Below the pieces are notes generated by a model that saw only the letters and a program-made list of their open reading frames with translations, ran no database searches and had not been told where the DNA came from. The position numbers and the translations under genes were made by a program. A stretch of DNA of 64,000 bases from Octopus vulgaris (Eukaryota), in assembly GCA_951406725.2 (NCBI GenBank), contig OX597829.1, forward strand, positions 30,752,001-30,816,000. Reading direction: 5' to 3'. Of this stretch, positions 26,342-39,342 are shown piece after piece; the stretch's first letter is position 1, and each line of letters starts with the position of its first letter.

Positions 26342-26499
26342 AGAGAGAGAGAGAAAGAGAGGAGGATAACAAGCAGAAAAGTTTTGATTTCATAGAGTTC
26401 ATAATTTAATTACTTTCAACAACTGTTTCATTAAGAATAAACATTAATTCCATAATTATGCCATTAAGCTACATATAATTCATTTAAAGCAATGTCTAT

Positions 26500-27545
26500 C
26501 ATTAAAGTGAGAGTTAAACATGAGTACAGTGATGAATTTAGTGAACATCGTTTGGTTCTTAATCCCCGTCCTATTCATCATTGTCCTCCAGGCCATAACA
26601 GAAGGATTCAAGACCAGCTGACCCTGGGTATTATATGCTGATAATCTTGCTCTCATAGCAGATTCTGGAGCAGAACTACAGAAGAAATTCTAGGAATGGA
26701 AGCAAAACCTAGAATTGAATGGCCTTAAGGTTAATTTAGCAAAACCAAGGCTCTAATAAGCAAGAAAACAGATAGGACCCTACCCTCTTGAGTTAAATGG
26801 CCCTGCTCAATATGCAGGAATTGTATATGGTATACCCAGAGTAAGCTATGGACATACAAGAGGTGCAGTGGAATAATAGAAAGGTTAACAGAGAAAATAG
26901 TATTTGTATATGAAATATGTACAGGATCCATAAAGTCTACAGATACGTGAGAAATTGATTTTCTCAAATGCCTCAGAGGCTCTTTAGAAATAGTGGATAA
27001 TTTCTTCTACCTAGGGGACCCAATTAGCAGTGGAGGAGGATGTATGAAAAGTGCAATTATTTACTAGAATAAGAATAGGATGGAGGAAATTCAGAGCTTT
27101 TATCTTTGTTGGCAACTGAGGGTCTCTCTCTGTCCGAGTTAAAGGAAGATTGTATGATGCATGTGTGCAAACAAGTGCTACATGGTAGTGAGAGGCGGGC
27201 CCTGAATGTAGAGGGGTGTGAAGGCTGGAGAGGAATGAAGCTAGTATGCTCCACTTGATGTGCAATACCAGTGTACATGTGTGACAGAGTGCTAGTGCAT
27301 TGAGAGTGCATACGAGGAATTAGATGCAGTGTGTAAGAGAGAAGATTGTGCTGGTTTGGTCTATGGATGTAGACAGCTGCATACATAAGTGCTGATCACT
27401 TTCAGAATATGGAACTTGTGGTAGAAGGAGACCAAGGAAGACAAGGGATGGAGTATTAAAGGCCGATCTCAAACCTCTGAGCCTTACAAAAGAGATGACA
27501 AAGGACCAAGATATCTGGTGCCTTGCTGTAGACAAGACTTGTCCA
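26500..27545 (+). mobile_element. RTE-LINE fragment (RT C-half to ORF end)
   Basis: LFIIVLQAITE.FKT and YAD. at ~26634; colinear with 16570-17630. Followed by a pyrimidine-rich 3'UTR-like stretch to ~28200. Confidence 0.85.
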
Positions 27546-29654
27546 TCACAGCAGAATTGTGATCCTAAAACCACTTTGGTAATTTCTGTCTATGAGATGC
27601 TCTGCTCCACCCTCACACCCATTGTCTTTGCCTGACTCTGCACCCATCCTCTCTGCCCCATCAACCTTTTCCCCTTCATTCCATCCCTTAGCATGTATCA
27701 CTTCTCTGTCACAGAGAGCAGAATAGGTACATACTACATCCCCCTGCTTTCTGAGTTAATTTCCTTCCCCCACCCTGATCCATTACCTCCACCCACATAC
27801 TCTTCCCACTAATTAACCCTTTCTGTACCTTCTCTTTCTGTGTTGTTAACATCTCATTTATCTGTTATCATCCTCAATGCCCTCACATATCTACTGTAAA
27901 CCCCGCCCCTGAGCTTCTATATTTCAACCCATTTTCCACAGTCCCCTCTATCCTACCCACTCACCTAGTCCAAACCTCAGTATCTCCTCACTTATTCTCA
28001 CACCACCCTATGTTCCTCAAGGGCATGTCCCAACACATCTGCAGCACAATTTCTCACTACTGCTCTCTTCATCTTACTCTCTGACTCAACCACTCTCTTT
28101 ATCCTATTCTCTAGCTCACCTTTCTTTTCCAACTGGGGTATCAATGCATCTACTCTACTGCAAGACATCAATCTTTGTCCTGTTATACATTTAATCTTTC
28201 TTCAACTGGCACACAGCCATGTACCTCTCCCAGCTGAGGGTGTTTTTGTCTTGCAAGTTACTTGGTGACCCTGTCAGTGCTTGTGCCATGTAAAAAGCAC
28301 TGGTACTGCTGTTTCTCTTTCTCTCTCTCTCTCTCTCTCTCTGTCTGAGTGAAAGGAAGATTGTATGATACATGTGTGCAAACAACAGTGCTACATGGTA
28401 ATGAGAGGCGGGCCCTGAATGTAAAGGGATGGGAAGGCTAGAGAGGAATGAAGCTAGTATGTGTGACAGAATGCTAGTGCATTGAGAGTGCATAAGAGGA
28501 ATCAGATGCAGTGTGTAAAAAGCGCCTAGTACACACTGTAAAGTGGTTGGCATAAGAAGGATATCTAACCATAGAAACCATGTTAAAACTGACAATGGAG
28601 CTTGAAGTAGGTCCTGGTCTTTCCAGCTCCTGTCAAACCATCCAACCCATGCCAGTATAGAAAATGAACGTTAAATGATGATGATGTTTATTTTTAACAT
28701 ACATTGCTCTGAAGGATTTGTTTTTTTGCCAGTTATTTATATGCATGCAATTTTTTTCCATTTGGATTTACTGACGTTTATCATTAATTACTTAATTACC
28801 ATGGATGTGCATGGCTCAGTGGTTAGAACATTGGGCTCGCAATCATATCTAAAAAGACACCAGGGAGATAACTCTATTAAGATCAGTTGATTGAATTTGA
28901 TTGCCTTTGTCATGGTAGTTGAGATGGTTGTGGTGGTCATAATTGCGGCATTTATACTCATATAGAAATAATAGTAGTGAATGTGGTCTTGGGAGTGAAA
29001 ATAAAGTTGCATGTATCTTTTGGTTGATGTTCATAGGCAGGGCAAAGTTGTACAATTGGACACACACACAAGTATGTAATGCAATGCATTCTGTTTCTGT
29101 CTAATCTGCTAAAGATGGAAATCTTTATTAGATATAAGCTAATGACCCATTTGTTTAATCTTACACAACAGATACTGTTTATAGTGATAATTTACACCAG
29201 CCTGTATTTCCCACTTACAGCTGGATGGACTGGGTCATTTAAGAGCTATGTCTCTTGCCTAGAGAGAGAGAGAGACAGAATGAATCACTCTCAGCTGCTT
29301 GTTTGATCACCTATACTGTCTGCATGACCATCCATTCAGATATCATCATCATCATCATCATCGTTTAACGTCCGTTTTCCGCGCTAGCACGGGCTGGACG
29401 GTTTCGACCGGGGTCTGGGGAGCTAGGGACTGCCCCAGGCTCCATGCTAGAAATATGGTTGTAAATCCAGCCATATGACAATGCTTGCTAGGCCACAAAC
29501 CAAAAGACATTCCAGCAACAGCATCTTGTCTTTTATCTATTTTTTTATTTATGCATCTTGGATCACATTGCCTGTGTGTCTCTGTTTTTTTCAAACAGTA
29601 AGGTTCATCTGGGTTCAACAGTAAGGTGTAATTTGAGGGAGATTTAGTTGCTAC

Positions 29655-29871
29655 TTATTCTTTTACTTGTTTCAGTCATGAGACTGTGGCCTTACTGGGG
29701 CACCACCTTGAGGAATTTTAGTTGAATGAAATGATCCTAGTGCTTATTCTACCAGTCTCTTTTGCCAAACTGCTAAGTTACATGGACATAACCACACCAT
29801 CACCATTTGTCAATCAGTGGTGATGGACAAACACACACAGACACACATACACACATATATTACATATATAC

Positions 29872-29914
<43 letters not shown>

Positions 29915-30470
29915 TAATAAATCTCTAAACGAGGTATAAACAGACAATGTGAAGTATATTTGCCACTTAAATGTGGATAACTACTAGGGGTGGATGCTAC
30001 TGTAGCTTGTAGCCCCAGGAGAACATCTTCTCCAGCTGGCTATTGACACACTTTCTGTGCCCTATCAGTATTTGCAAAGGGAAGCCATCCTTCCCATCGT
30101 CGACCTGATGTGACCTGACGTGTCGTCAGGCTAATGACAGGAAAATACCCAGAAACCCGGGTCCATGCATATCACATCAGGTCAACGATGGGAAGAATGG
30201 CTTCCCTTTGCAAATACTGATAGGCCACAGAAAGTGTGTCAATAGCCAGCTGGAGATGTTCTCCTGGTGGTTAGCCACATTTAAGTGGCAAATATACTTC
30301 ACATACACACACACACACACATACATACATATATATATATACGACAAGGTTCTTTCAATTTCCATCTACCAAATCCACTTGCAAGGCTTTTGTCAGCCCA
30401 AGGCTATATAGTAGAAGACACTTGCTCAAGATGCCACACAGTGGTATTGAACCCTTGGAACCATGTGTTT
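29655..30470 (-). mobile_element. CORE-like SINE split by an inserted foldback element
   Basis: SINE tail at 29655-29850 and head at 30340-30470. The insertion sits in the central CA/TA tract. Confidence 0.7.
29947..30304. mobile_element. Inverted-repeat (foldback) pseudo-LTR-like element with a degenerate hammerhead in the spacer
   Basis: Arms 29947-30113 / 30172-30304. Spacer 30127-30167 reads CAGG-CTAATGA-CAGG(aaaata)CCCA-GAAA-CCCGGG-TC-CATG. Confidence 0.7.
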
Positions 30471-30697
30471 GAGAAGTTTGAATCTCAGTTACAAATGTAA
30501 TTTGTGGGAGATTTGGTTGCTCTTTGTAGTAGGTTGAGTAATCATGTAGAGGCTTCCTTAACATAATTAGGTTGAAGTAGTTTAAGGTGGCAGAGAATGT
30601 TGACTAGAAAAATTGGTACAGAGATGTAAAGAGAGACTACAGTGTGTTTGATAAGTGCCATGCAATTTTGTAACTTTTCCTAATTACAGATTATTAG

Positions 30698-31312
30698 ATG
30701 GTAGAATTGTTAGTGCAATGGACAAAATTCTTAGCATTTCTTCCAACTTTTTATATTCTCAGTTCAAATTCTGATGAGGTCAGTTTTGCCTTTCATCTTT
30801 TTTGTGGTCGATAGAATAAAGTACCAGTTAAGTACTAGGAATTATGTAGTCGACCGACCTCTTTCCCCTAAAATTGATGGCTTTGTGCCAAAATTTGAAT
30901 CCATTAATATTATTAAGGTGATGAAGTAGCAGAATTGTTAGCATGGTGGTGAGCTGGCAGAAACGTTAGCACACTGGGCGAAATGCTTCGCGGTATTTCA
31001 TCTGCCGCTACGTTCTGAGTTCAAATTCCACCAAGGTCGACTTTGCCTTTCATCCTTTCGGGATCAATTAAATAAGTACCAGTTACGCACTGGGGTCAAC
31101 ATAATCGACTTAATATGTTTGTCTGTCCTAGTTTGTCCCCTCTGTATGTAGCCCCTTGTGTGGGCAGCAAAGAAATAAGAATTGTTAGCATCCTGGAAAA
31201 ACTGCCACTAAGTATTTTATCTGTCTTTATGTTCTGAGTTCAAATTCTACCAAGGCCAAACTTTGCCCTTTCATCCTTTCAAGGTTAATAAATTAAGTAC
31301 CAGTTGAGCACT
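30698..31312 (+). mobile_element. Cluster of nested or tandem Meta-like tRNA SINEs
   Basis: Three core copies. The young copy at 30945-31180 is nested in another and flanked by a duplicated AGAATTGTTAGCAT. Confidence 0.75.
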
Positions 31313-33960
31313 GAGTGTGTCTGTGGGTTGGGGTGGAAGTGTTTATGCATGATTTTTACAAATAGACTTCACTCAGCAAAACAAACAACAAATGCATGTT
31401 TTAAAATTTGCATGTAGACTGTGACACGCATAATCTCTCATTAATACACTTACTATTTTACACACAAATATACACTCAGTTGATTCTTCTTGATATCTCT
31501 TGATTGATGGCAGTGATTGAATCTGGCCTTGGAGCAGCAGTTGGAGTGAACTTCATGATGGTGACGGTTGCGGTGGCGGCGGCAGTGGTGATGGTTGCGG
31601 TGGAGGTGGTTGCTGCAGTGGTGGTGGTGGTGGTGGCAGTAATAGCGGTGGTGGTCAAGCTGACCTATGAACAAAGACATTCCAACTCTGACCATCCTAT
31701 CTTTCTGGTGCAGTCTATCCAGGACTACATAATCCAATGTCTCCTTTCTATTTCTAGCCAGTCAAGTGACCACTTAGAGGCTCCTTCATTGGTTCATTGA
31801 GCTCAGAGTTCATGATTACAGTGATGTTATAGTTCCTTATTTTTGTTGATGATGATGATGATGATAATGATGTTATCGTTCTTGATTATAATTTATGATG
31901 ATAGTGATTTTGTAAATATTTCTGTTGGTGGTGATGAAGATGATGATAATGATGGTGATGAAGGAAAGGGAAAAGACATGGTCTTCTCCATTTATCACAC
32001 ACAAACACTTGCTCACACAAACACTCACTCACTCACTCACGCACACAGACACACACATCTCATACATGATTGCAATCTGTACCACCAACCTTTCTCTTTC
32101 TCAGCCATTACTACACACACACACACACACAGAGTAGCAGCAGGTCTATAAGAGATATTGATTAATTGATCTGATTAATCAACTAGTCTACAATAACCGC
32201 CACCACCACTACCACCATTGTCAGCAGCAACACCATCTTCACTGCCAACACCACCACCACCACCACCATCATATGAAACACCAGTTCAATGTTTTGTACA
32301 ATTTATAACAATTTTCAACATTTGTTTTAAAATTAGATTCTATTCATGTCTTGTGGTAAATCAATATGTGTGTGTGTGTGTGTATATATATATATGTGTG
32401 TGTATGAGAGAGAGATGTGTGTGTGTGTTGTGGGGAAAGTATAGTACCATGTTGTTGCCTTAGCAGTTATTATAGTGTTGTTAGTATGTTGATAGTGTTT
32501 TTTGTTTTGTTGTACTGGTAGCATTTGTGGTATTGGAGGGAGTGTTGTTGTTGTTGTTGTTGTTGCTGCTGTTTAGCCCTAGGTCAGGCAAATTCAGCAG
32601 GTCTATAACAAACAGCACTCAAGCCAAAGCCAAAACCAGCCCATTTTCATTTTTACAGATGCAATAATCCATTTATAATTTCACAGTTTAAAATATCTAT
32701 GAATTTTACAAGAAAGGTAGATATTATGGCGGTGCCCCAGCATGGCCACAGCTCATGAGCTGAAACTAGAATCAATCATTAGTTTCCCTGTTTTACCTTT
32801 CTCTTTCTTTTTCCGTTTTTTACAGAAATTTTGGCTTCTGTTTCTTGCAGTTCAGTTGACTCGATCATAGTAGAGTGGGTGGTAAAGTATGGTAAAGGGT
32901 TGTGCAGGCCAGTAGTACAGTGATGACTAATACAGTTCAGTATTGTTATGTCATACAACATAGTATTGTGTGTCATAGTATAACAGAGTAGTGTAGTACA
33001 ACATGGTATACTTTATTGTAGTACATTGTAACATGATGTGGTGTAACATGGTGTGTTGTACATCATGTGGAGACATGTATTTTTCAATCCCATGTCAGCT
33101 CTGATTTGATGACGCCTATGATTAAAGGTGTACCAGACATAAGAATTATTTTCTTTCTTTATTTATTTATTTATTTAGACAATGTTTCAAGAATTATGTC
33201 ATTGTATGTGACATTAAATTGTGCTCCTTTATGTTCACTCTGCAACTCCACCTCCACCCAACACGAAGAAGCATTGGGTGACAAAACATTCTCCATCCAA
33301 AAATGGTTGCAAGCCCTGTCATGAGCTCACTCCTAGACCAGGCTCATATCTTCCAGGTCTTCCACTACAGTACTCCAGCAGGACTTGACAAATCTTCCCC
33401 CATTCCATCTCACCATTTTTGGCTTTCATTTAAGAGGGGGCTATCACTGGTCTCTTTGTTGGCATGAATAACTAAGAATCTTGGTCTTATTCATAGTAAT
33501 GGTATTGCCCAACCTGGCTGTTTCCATGACATCTTCATTTATGATGTCATGGCCAAAGAAATTCTTACTTTGGTCTCAAGACAATGTCTATGGAAGACAT
33601 CTGTAAATTCTATCTGTAAACTCTGCTGGAATGATTTGTTCATCATCATGGTGCCAAAGTTAATTTTAGTCTATAACCAAAGATCTCATATCTATATGCT
33701 TCCATATTTTTGGCAATTTGAAATTGACCTGGCACTAGCTTCAAGTAGGAACATTGTCAACTGGAAGTAGTGGCAATAATAGTTGTTGCAGCAGCAGATT
33801 TAATCCCAGGTCAGCTCTAATATACATACGTATGTGTATGTTCATAAGCATAGCTGTGTGGTTTAGAAGCCTACTTCCCAACCAGGTAGCCTTGGGCAAG
33901 TGTCTTCTACTATAGTCTTGTGAGTGAATTTGCTACATAGAAATTGTAAGAAGCCCATTG

Positions 33961-34610
33961 TTTGAGGCAGATCCAGCTGGTTTTCTTGAATGTTTCCTAA
34001 TCCAGGATGAGTGCCGAGTTTATCACTTTGAGCCAGAGACAGAAATAATCCATGCAGTGGAAATACTCCTCCTGCTCCCAAAAAAGTCAAGGCTGTATCA
34101 TCTGCAGAGAATGTGATAGTCAATAAACACAATGCCTTTTGTATCCCCCCAAAATTAGACTATCTTCAGATAAGGTACACCATCAATGGAGAGTACCTTG
34201 CCAACTTGCTGAAGTTATTACGAAAGGCTATCAAGACCAAAAGTTCAGGAGAAGTGACAAAAGGGGTCTTGTTTCATCAGGACAATGCTCCAGCACACAA
34301 GTTCCTTGCTGCTGTGTGTGACTGTGGCTTTGAACTGATTGACTACTATCCCTTTTCTCTTGATCTAGCCCCATGTGACTATCATCTGTTCCCCAACCTA
34401 AAAAACACTCGGCTGTGAAGCATATCGCAGTGATGATGTCTTTTCTGCTGCTGATAACTTTTTTTGATGAACAAGATGAATGTTTCTTCCCTAATGAGGC
34501 TCGAGCACTGCAACAGCGATAAAGAAGTTTGTGGACCACAAGGGGAACTATGATAATCACATTCTATGAGAGAATGTTGGTCAGCCTATGAACTATTCAG
34601 CTGACCCTTG
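33961..34610 (+). pseudogene. Mariner transposase remnant (catalytic domain) with right TIR
   Basis: FL..DE....HFEPET..SMQWK, YLQ...TINGEY.ANLL..LRKAIK, KGVLFHQDNAPAH, PFSLDLAPCDYHLFPNLK. Ends GAACTATTCAGCTGACCCTTG+TA. Confidence 0.88.
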
Positions 34611-35016
34611 TACTGATTTGTTGTTGTTTTACTGACCTCTGGAAACACCCATGGCAAGTTGACCTCTCCATGACTGAACATTTGAAATCAATTACCATTA
34701 TATTGCACGATTTTTTTTTTAGGTAATGAACATTCTTTCACTTTTTGGTAATTACATTTCCACACACGTACATATATATATATATATATATATATTTTAT
34801 TCACATACATAGCAACCCTAGTTGCTAATCGTGACTTATAAAATAACTTTTTTCAGCTTATCGAACTTCAATATGGGAAAAACCTACAACCTTCTCTGTC
34901 AATAAACTACTGTTCTTCCTGAAAGTTGTTTTTTATACCTACTACAGACTGTTCAAAGCTTACTAACTTCCTACATTTTGATCCTTTGATCTTAACTTTA
35001 CATATTACCATATATA

Positions 35017-35056
<40 letters not shown>

Positions 35057-35544
35057 GTAGCACAGCTGCTTATTCCAGTATTATTTGAATCTCTCTCTCT
35101 GTAATATATTTAATAGAAAATTTCTTACATGTTTATCCAACATCTACAACTTTGTAATTCCTGTTAACAAATGAAACATGTGCAATGGTGAATAATGCCA
35201 AAAACCTTTTCCAATTTTCTGCTTTGTTATATAGTCTTATATGGTCATGGTAATTTTAATGTCCACTTTTTTATGCTTGCATTGGTCGGATGGAATTTAT
35301 TGAGGTAGATTTTCTACTGCCAGATGCTCATCCTCACTTGTTGCTAAGTAAGATAATGTTTCCCCATGGCCAGACATGCTTTCATGGAAGATTGGAAGTG
35401 AAGGGCGACTTGTATGACTGACACTCAATGACAGCCATCATGTGATGTAAAGGAAAGAAGACATTACCATACAAATATACACACAACCTTGAACACACAT
35501 TCATATATATAGTGTACATTTATATATATATATATATATATAGT

Positions 35545-35786
35545 GTACATTTAAACACATAAGAGATGGCCATAACAGGACATCTGACCCACTAGGAGTA
35601 GTTAAACCCCAAACCACTATTAGGGGTAATTTCGAAAGGGAAGGGAATGAAAAATAAAAACATTTATCCTCTATTTTATTTTTCATTCCCTTTCGAAGTT
35701 ACCCCTAATAGTGGTTTGGAGTTTAACTACTCCTTTTAGCAGGTCAGATGCCCTGTTATGGCCACCTCTTATGTGTTTAAATGTAC
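35545..35786. repeat. ~240-bp imperfect palindrome next to (TA)n
   Basis: GTACATTTAAACACATAAGAG...AAAATA, a short spacer, then TATTTT...CTCTTATGTGTTTAAATGTAC. Confidence 0.85.
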
Positions 35787-38276
35787 CCTGTATTTTTATA
35801 TGAATAATATATAGTCTTTTGACTAGGTTTTTTCTTCTCACTAAACCACTGGTAGCAAAGAAATTTTCTTAATTTTTTTTTGCTACCCTGGAATTTATTA
35901 ATAACACACACACACACACACACAAGAAATTGGGAAAATGGCAACATCACCTGCAGGATTTGCATGCAATGTCTGCTGTAAAAACTGTAATGTACAAATG
36001 TGTTAAATACTACACCAAAGTGATACTACAACTTTGACAGTCCCAATTAGAAGACTTAACCTAAATACCTATATTCACAACAAAAAAAGCAAAGGTAGTA
36101 TTAAGAATATATATAATGAAATTGTAACAAAATAACTAATAAAACTTTTAAATGTGTGTGTGTATATGAGTTTATATGTATATCTATTATCAAAAGTATC
36201 TCAGCTGTTGCCATTTTATATTTTTCTATCCTAAGTACTGTTCAATGCCCCTATTTCTTTCTTTTGTGATTTGAAGAATATTAGGTTTCTATTTCTAGCA
36301 GGTCGTTCCTCTGTGTAGAGGTTCTCATCTCTGGTAGTGATGGATGTGGTGCGATTTTGAAGAGCATTCTAGTGAAGATATCAAAATGTTTTGTGCATGA
36401 GCATTCAGAAAACCACTGGAAAGGAGCAAGTGGAGAGTGTGTGGGTGGTAGGAATAAATAAACAATCAATAATTTAGAAGAAAAGTAAAAATTACAATAC
36501 AACAGTTGGAGTGCAGATTTGTTTTTTTATTTACTTTGCTATTATTAGAAACCACCATTATTATTAAGAGATGATTGTCAGTAACAACTAAAAAAAAAAA
36601 AAGAAAAATCAAGAATCATTACGTCAGGCAAAATGTCTTGCAGTATTTAGTTGTGGCTCTTTATGCTCTGAGTTCAAATCTTACAAAGATCAACATTGCC
36701 TTTCTTTTTTCTGGTGAGAATAAATAAAGTACCAGTCAATCAGCTAGCCCCTGCCCCCAAAATTTGTAGTTTTGTGACTATGTGTGTTTAAGAAGTTTGC
36801 TACAAGACCCTGTAATTTCAAACTTTGTCTTACTTCATGGCATCTTGGGGAAAATGTTATCCACTCTAGCTCTGAGCCAACCAAAGCTTTGTGGGTGGAT
36901 TTGAGAGACAAAGACTGAAAGCAGTCTATCATATACATGTATGTGAGTGTGTGAAGGTGCATAGCTAAGTGGTTAGGATATTCAGTTTACAATCATAAGG
37001 TCATGATTTTGATTCCTGGCTGTACGTTGTGTCATTGAGTAAGACACTTTGTTTCATGTTGCTCCAGTCCACTTAGCTGCTAAAAATGAGTGGTACCTGT
37101 GTCACACTGGATCTCTCTGAGTACTATATTAAGGGTACATGTGTCTGTGGAGTGCTGCAGCACTTGCATGTTAATTTCATGAGCAGGCTGTTCTGTTGAT
37201 CAGATCAGCTGGAAACTGCACAAGTGATTGAGTGCCAGTCATATATATCTCATTATCATTTAATGTTTGTAGATATATATATATATTTATCTGTGCATGT
37301 GTACTTGTGTCTGAGTGTTGCCATTGTACAAATGGTGTCCATTATTTTCAGACCTCTCTGAAAACATGTCTGGCTATGTAGAAGTATTATTTTGCTTGGA
37401 AGCAGGTGAGGGTTGGCAATAGGAAGAGCATCTGATTGTAGGGAATCTATCTCAATGAATTCCTTCTGACTCATGCAAGTATAGAAAAGTGAACATTAAA
37501 ACAATGATGTTGATGATGATTTGGTGTGTAATTTGATCATTCTGGCTAAGGCCATGCAGTGGTGGTACCTGACTACATCTCTGTGATGACTCCAGAGTTC
37601 GAGTATGTCATGTATCAGTATAGTGTGCAACCTTACTGTACACTTCATCATGCAGTTCAGTGTATAAAGTACAGAAGTGTATAGAATATTTATAAAACAT
37701 TATTAATGTGTTGGTGACTGAGAAGAAGTTAGCTAGTGATGTTTGGAGTTATTGTGGCATTTATGTATGTTTAGTAGTTGTCTTGGTATGGCTGAGTGAT
37801 TAAGAAGTTCCACTTTGCAATCCTAAGTTCCAGGTTCAGTCCCTATGCATCTTAGACAAATGTCTTTTACTCTGTCCTTGGGTTTGTCAGAGTTTTGCAA
37901 TTGAAATTGGGTAGACAGAAACTGTGTGGAAGCCTGTGTGTTTTAATTTAGATCACTTTCAAATAGCAAGTTTGTGTGTTGAACCAGTGGCAATCACAGG
38001 CAGGTTGATATCATATTTTGCAGCATGCTAAATGCTGCATTGTGGAAGGCATATCCTGATTACGGAAATGTAATTCTAGGTAAAATATTTTTTTATACCA
38101 ACCAAAGCTCAATGGTCATGTCCAATGGGTACCCACTAAATGCCTGTTATCAAACATAATTGGAGAAACCAGCAGAGTGTACATGCCCATTGTTGAGCAA
38201 AATCACCAAAGACCACCTTTCCAGGTGGTTTACTCTCAGGCATTATTGTAGTTACACAACATGATGTTCACTTTAA

Positions 38277-39342
38277 CCCTTTCGTTACTATATTTCTGAC
38301 CAAAATACACCCCTTATGTGTTTCAATTAATTTCTAACGTAATCATAAATTTAGTCTGGTTTCATTAAACAACTATAACTTTTTTATTTATCAATATATT
38401 AACATGAATTTTGGAAGATAATTTAATGAAATGTTCTCAACCAATTCTATACTATAATTTTTGTCACAAAGTGACTCTAATTGCAGGTAGATACAGGTAA
38501 ATTCAACAAAATATAAAATTATTAAAATTTTGTTCAAACATCGCTATAGAAAATGGGTTATTAGCTAATATTCAATAGGGTATACAACAAAATTTTACGA
38601 TAGAATTTGTTATTCTGGGTAACTTTCTGATACCCATAATAATATTTATGGCAAAATAGTCTTAATTTCATTTAAGGTTATGGGAAACCACTTTCTTTCG
38701 TTTTGTTTACATTTAGCGTAACGGTTCGTTTCCGCCGTAATGATTTCAAATAGGCTCATTCGAAAAAGTAAGAAGAAATAGTCTAAGGCTTTACTCTTCT
38801 GGGAAAGTCTGTGGCTTGGTCCAGTTTCTTCAGAAAAATCACCGAAAGAAACAGTTTTTAAATTTTCACTCCATTCAGGTGCCAATTCATTTTCTTTATC
38901 GCTGTCGGAGCTCTCGGATTCACTGTTTTCACTTTCGGAAAATGAAACATCAGATTCATTATCAAATACCACATGCTTTTTTTTTCAGTCATAGAGTTAG
39001 ATTTATGAAGGTCTTCAGTAGAAAATCCTTCGAATTCTGACTTGCTGCTTGATATAATGAAATTCGTATCCATTTTTTGTCAGAATTACAAATTTTGAAA
39101 ACACAATAGGAACAAATTTCGAAAAAAAATCTCCCAAAATTCACGGAATTAAAATTACACTTCGATTTTTGTACAAAACTGTAGTTGAACTCTTTACGAA
39201 GTATAATACGTATTTTCACGAATGTACTAAAGAGATTTGCTCTGATATTCTCATTTAAATATGAATAGGTAAATTCGGGTGGCTTTGGGCAGCTTGGTCA
39301 CATTAACCAAAATTTTTTTCGGGCGGTTTGGTAACGAAAGGG
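38277..39342 (-). mobile_element. piggyBac internally deleted element
   Basis: TTAA TSD at 38273-76 and 39343-46. 14-bp TIR CCCTTTCGTTACYA. It keeps the transposase N-terminus. Confidence 0.9.
38646..38972 (-). pseudogene. Truncated piggyBac (PGBD-like) transposase N-terminus
   Basis: Acidic N-terminus, then F.EETGP...ALDYFFLLF...LFEII.AETNRYA........W.PITLNEIK, typical of piggyBac transposases. An upstream frameshifted piece is at 38858-39073. Confidence 0.8.

Noticed and set aside
36295-36460. Open plus-strand frame after TTTCTAG
   Set aside because: No strong donor site and no recognisable peptide.
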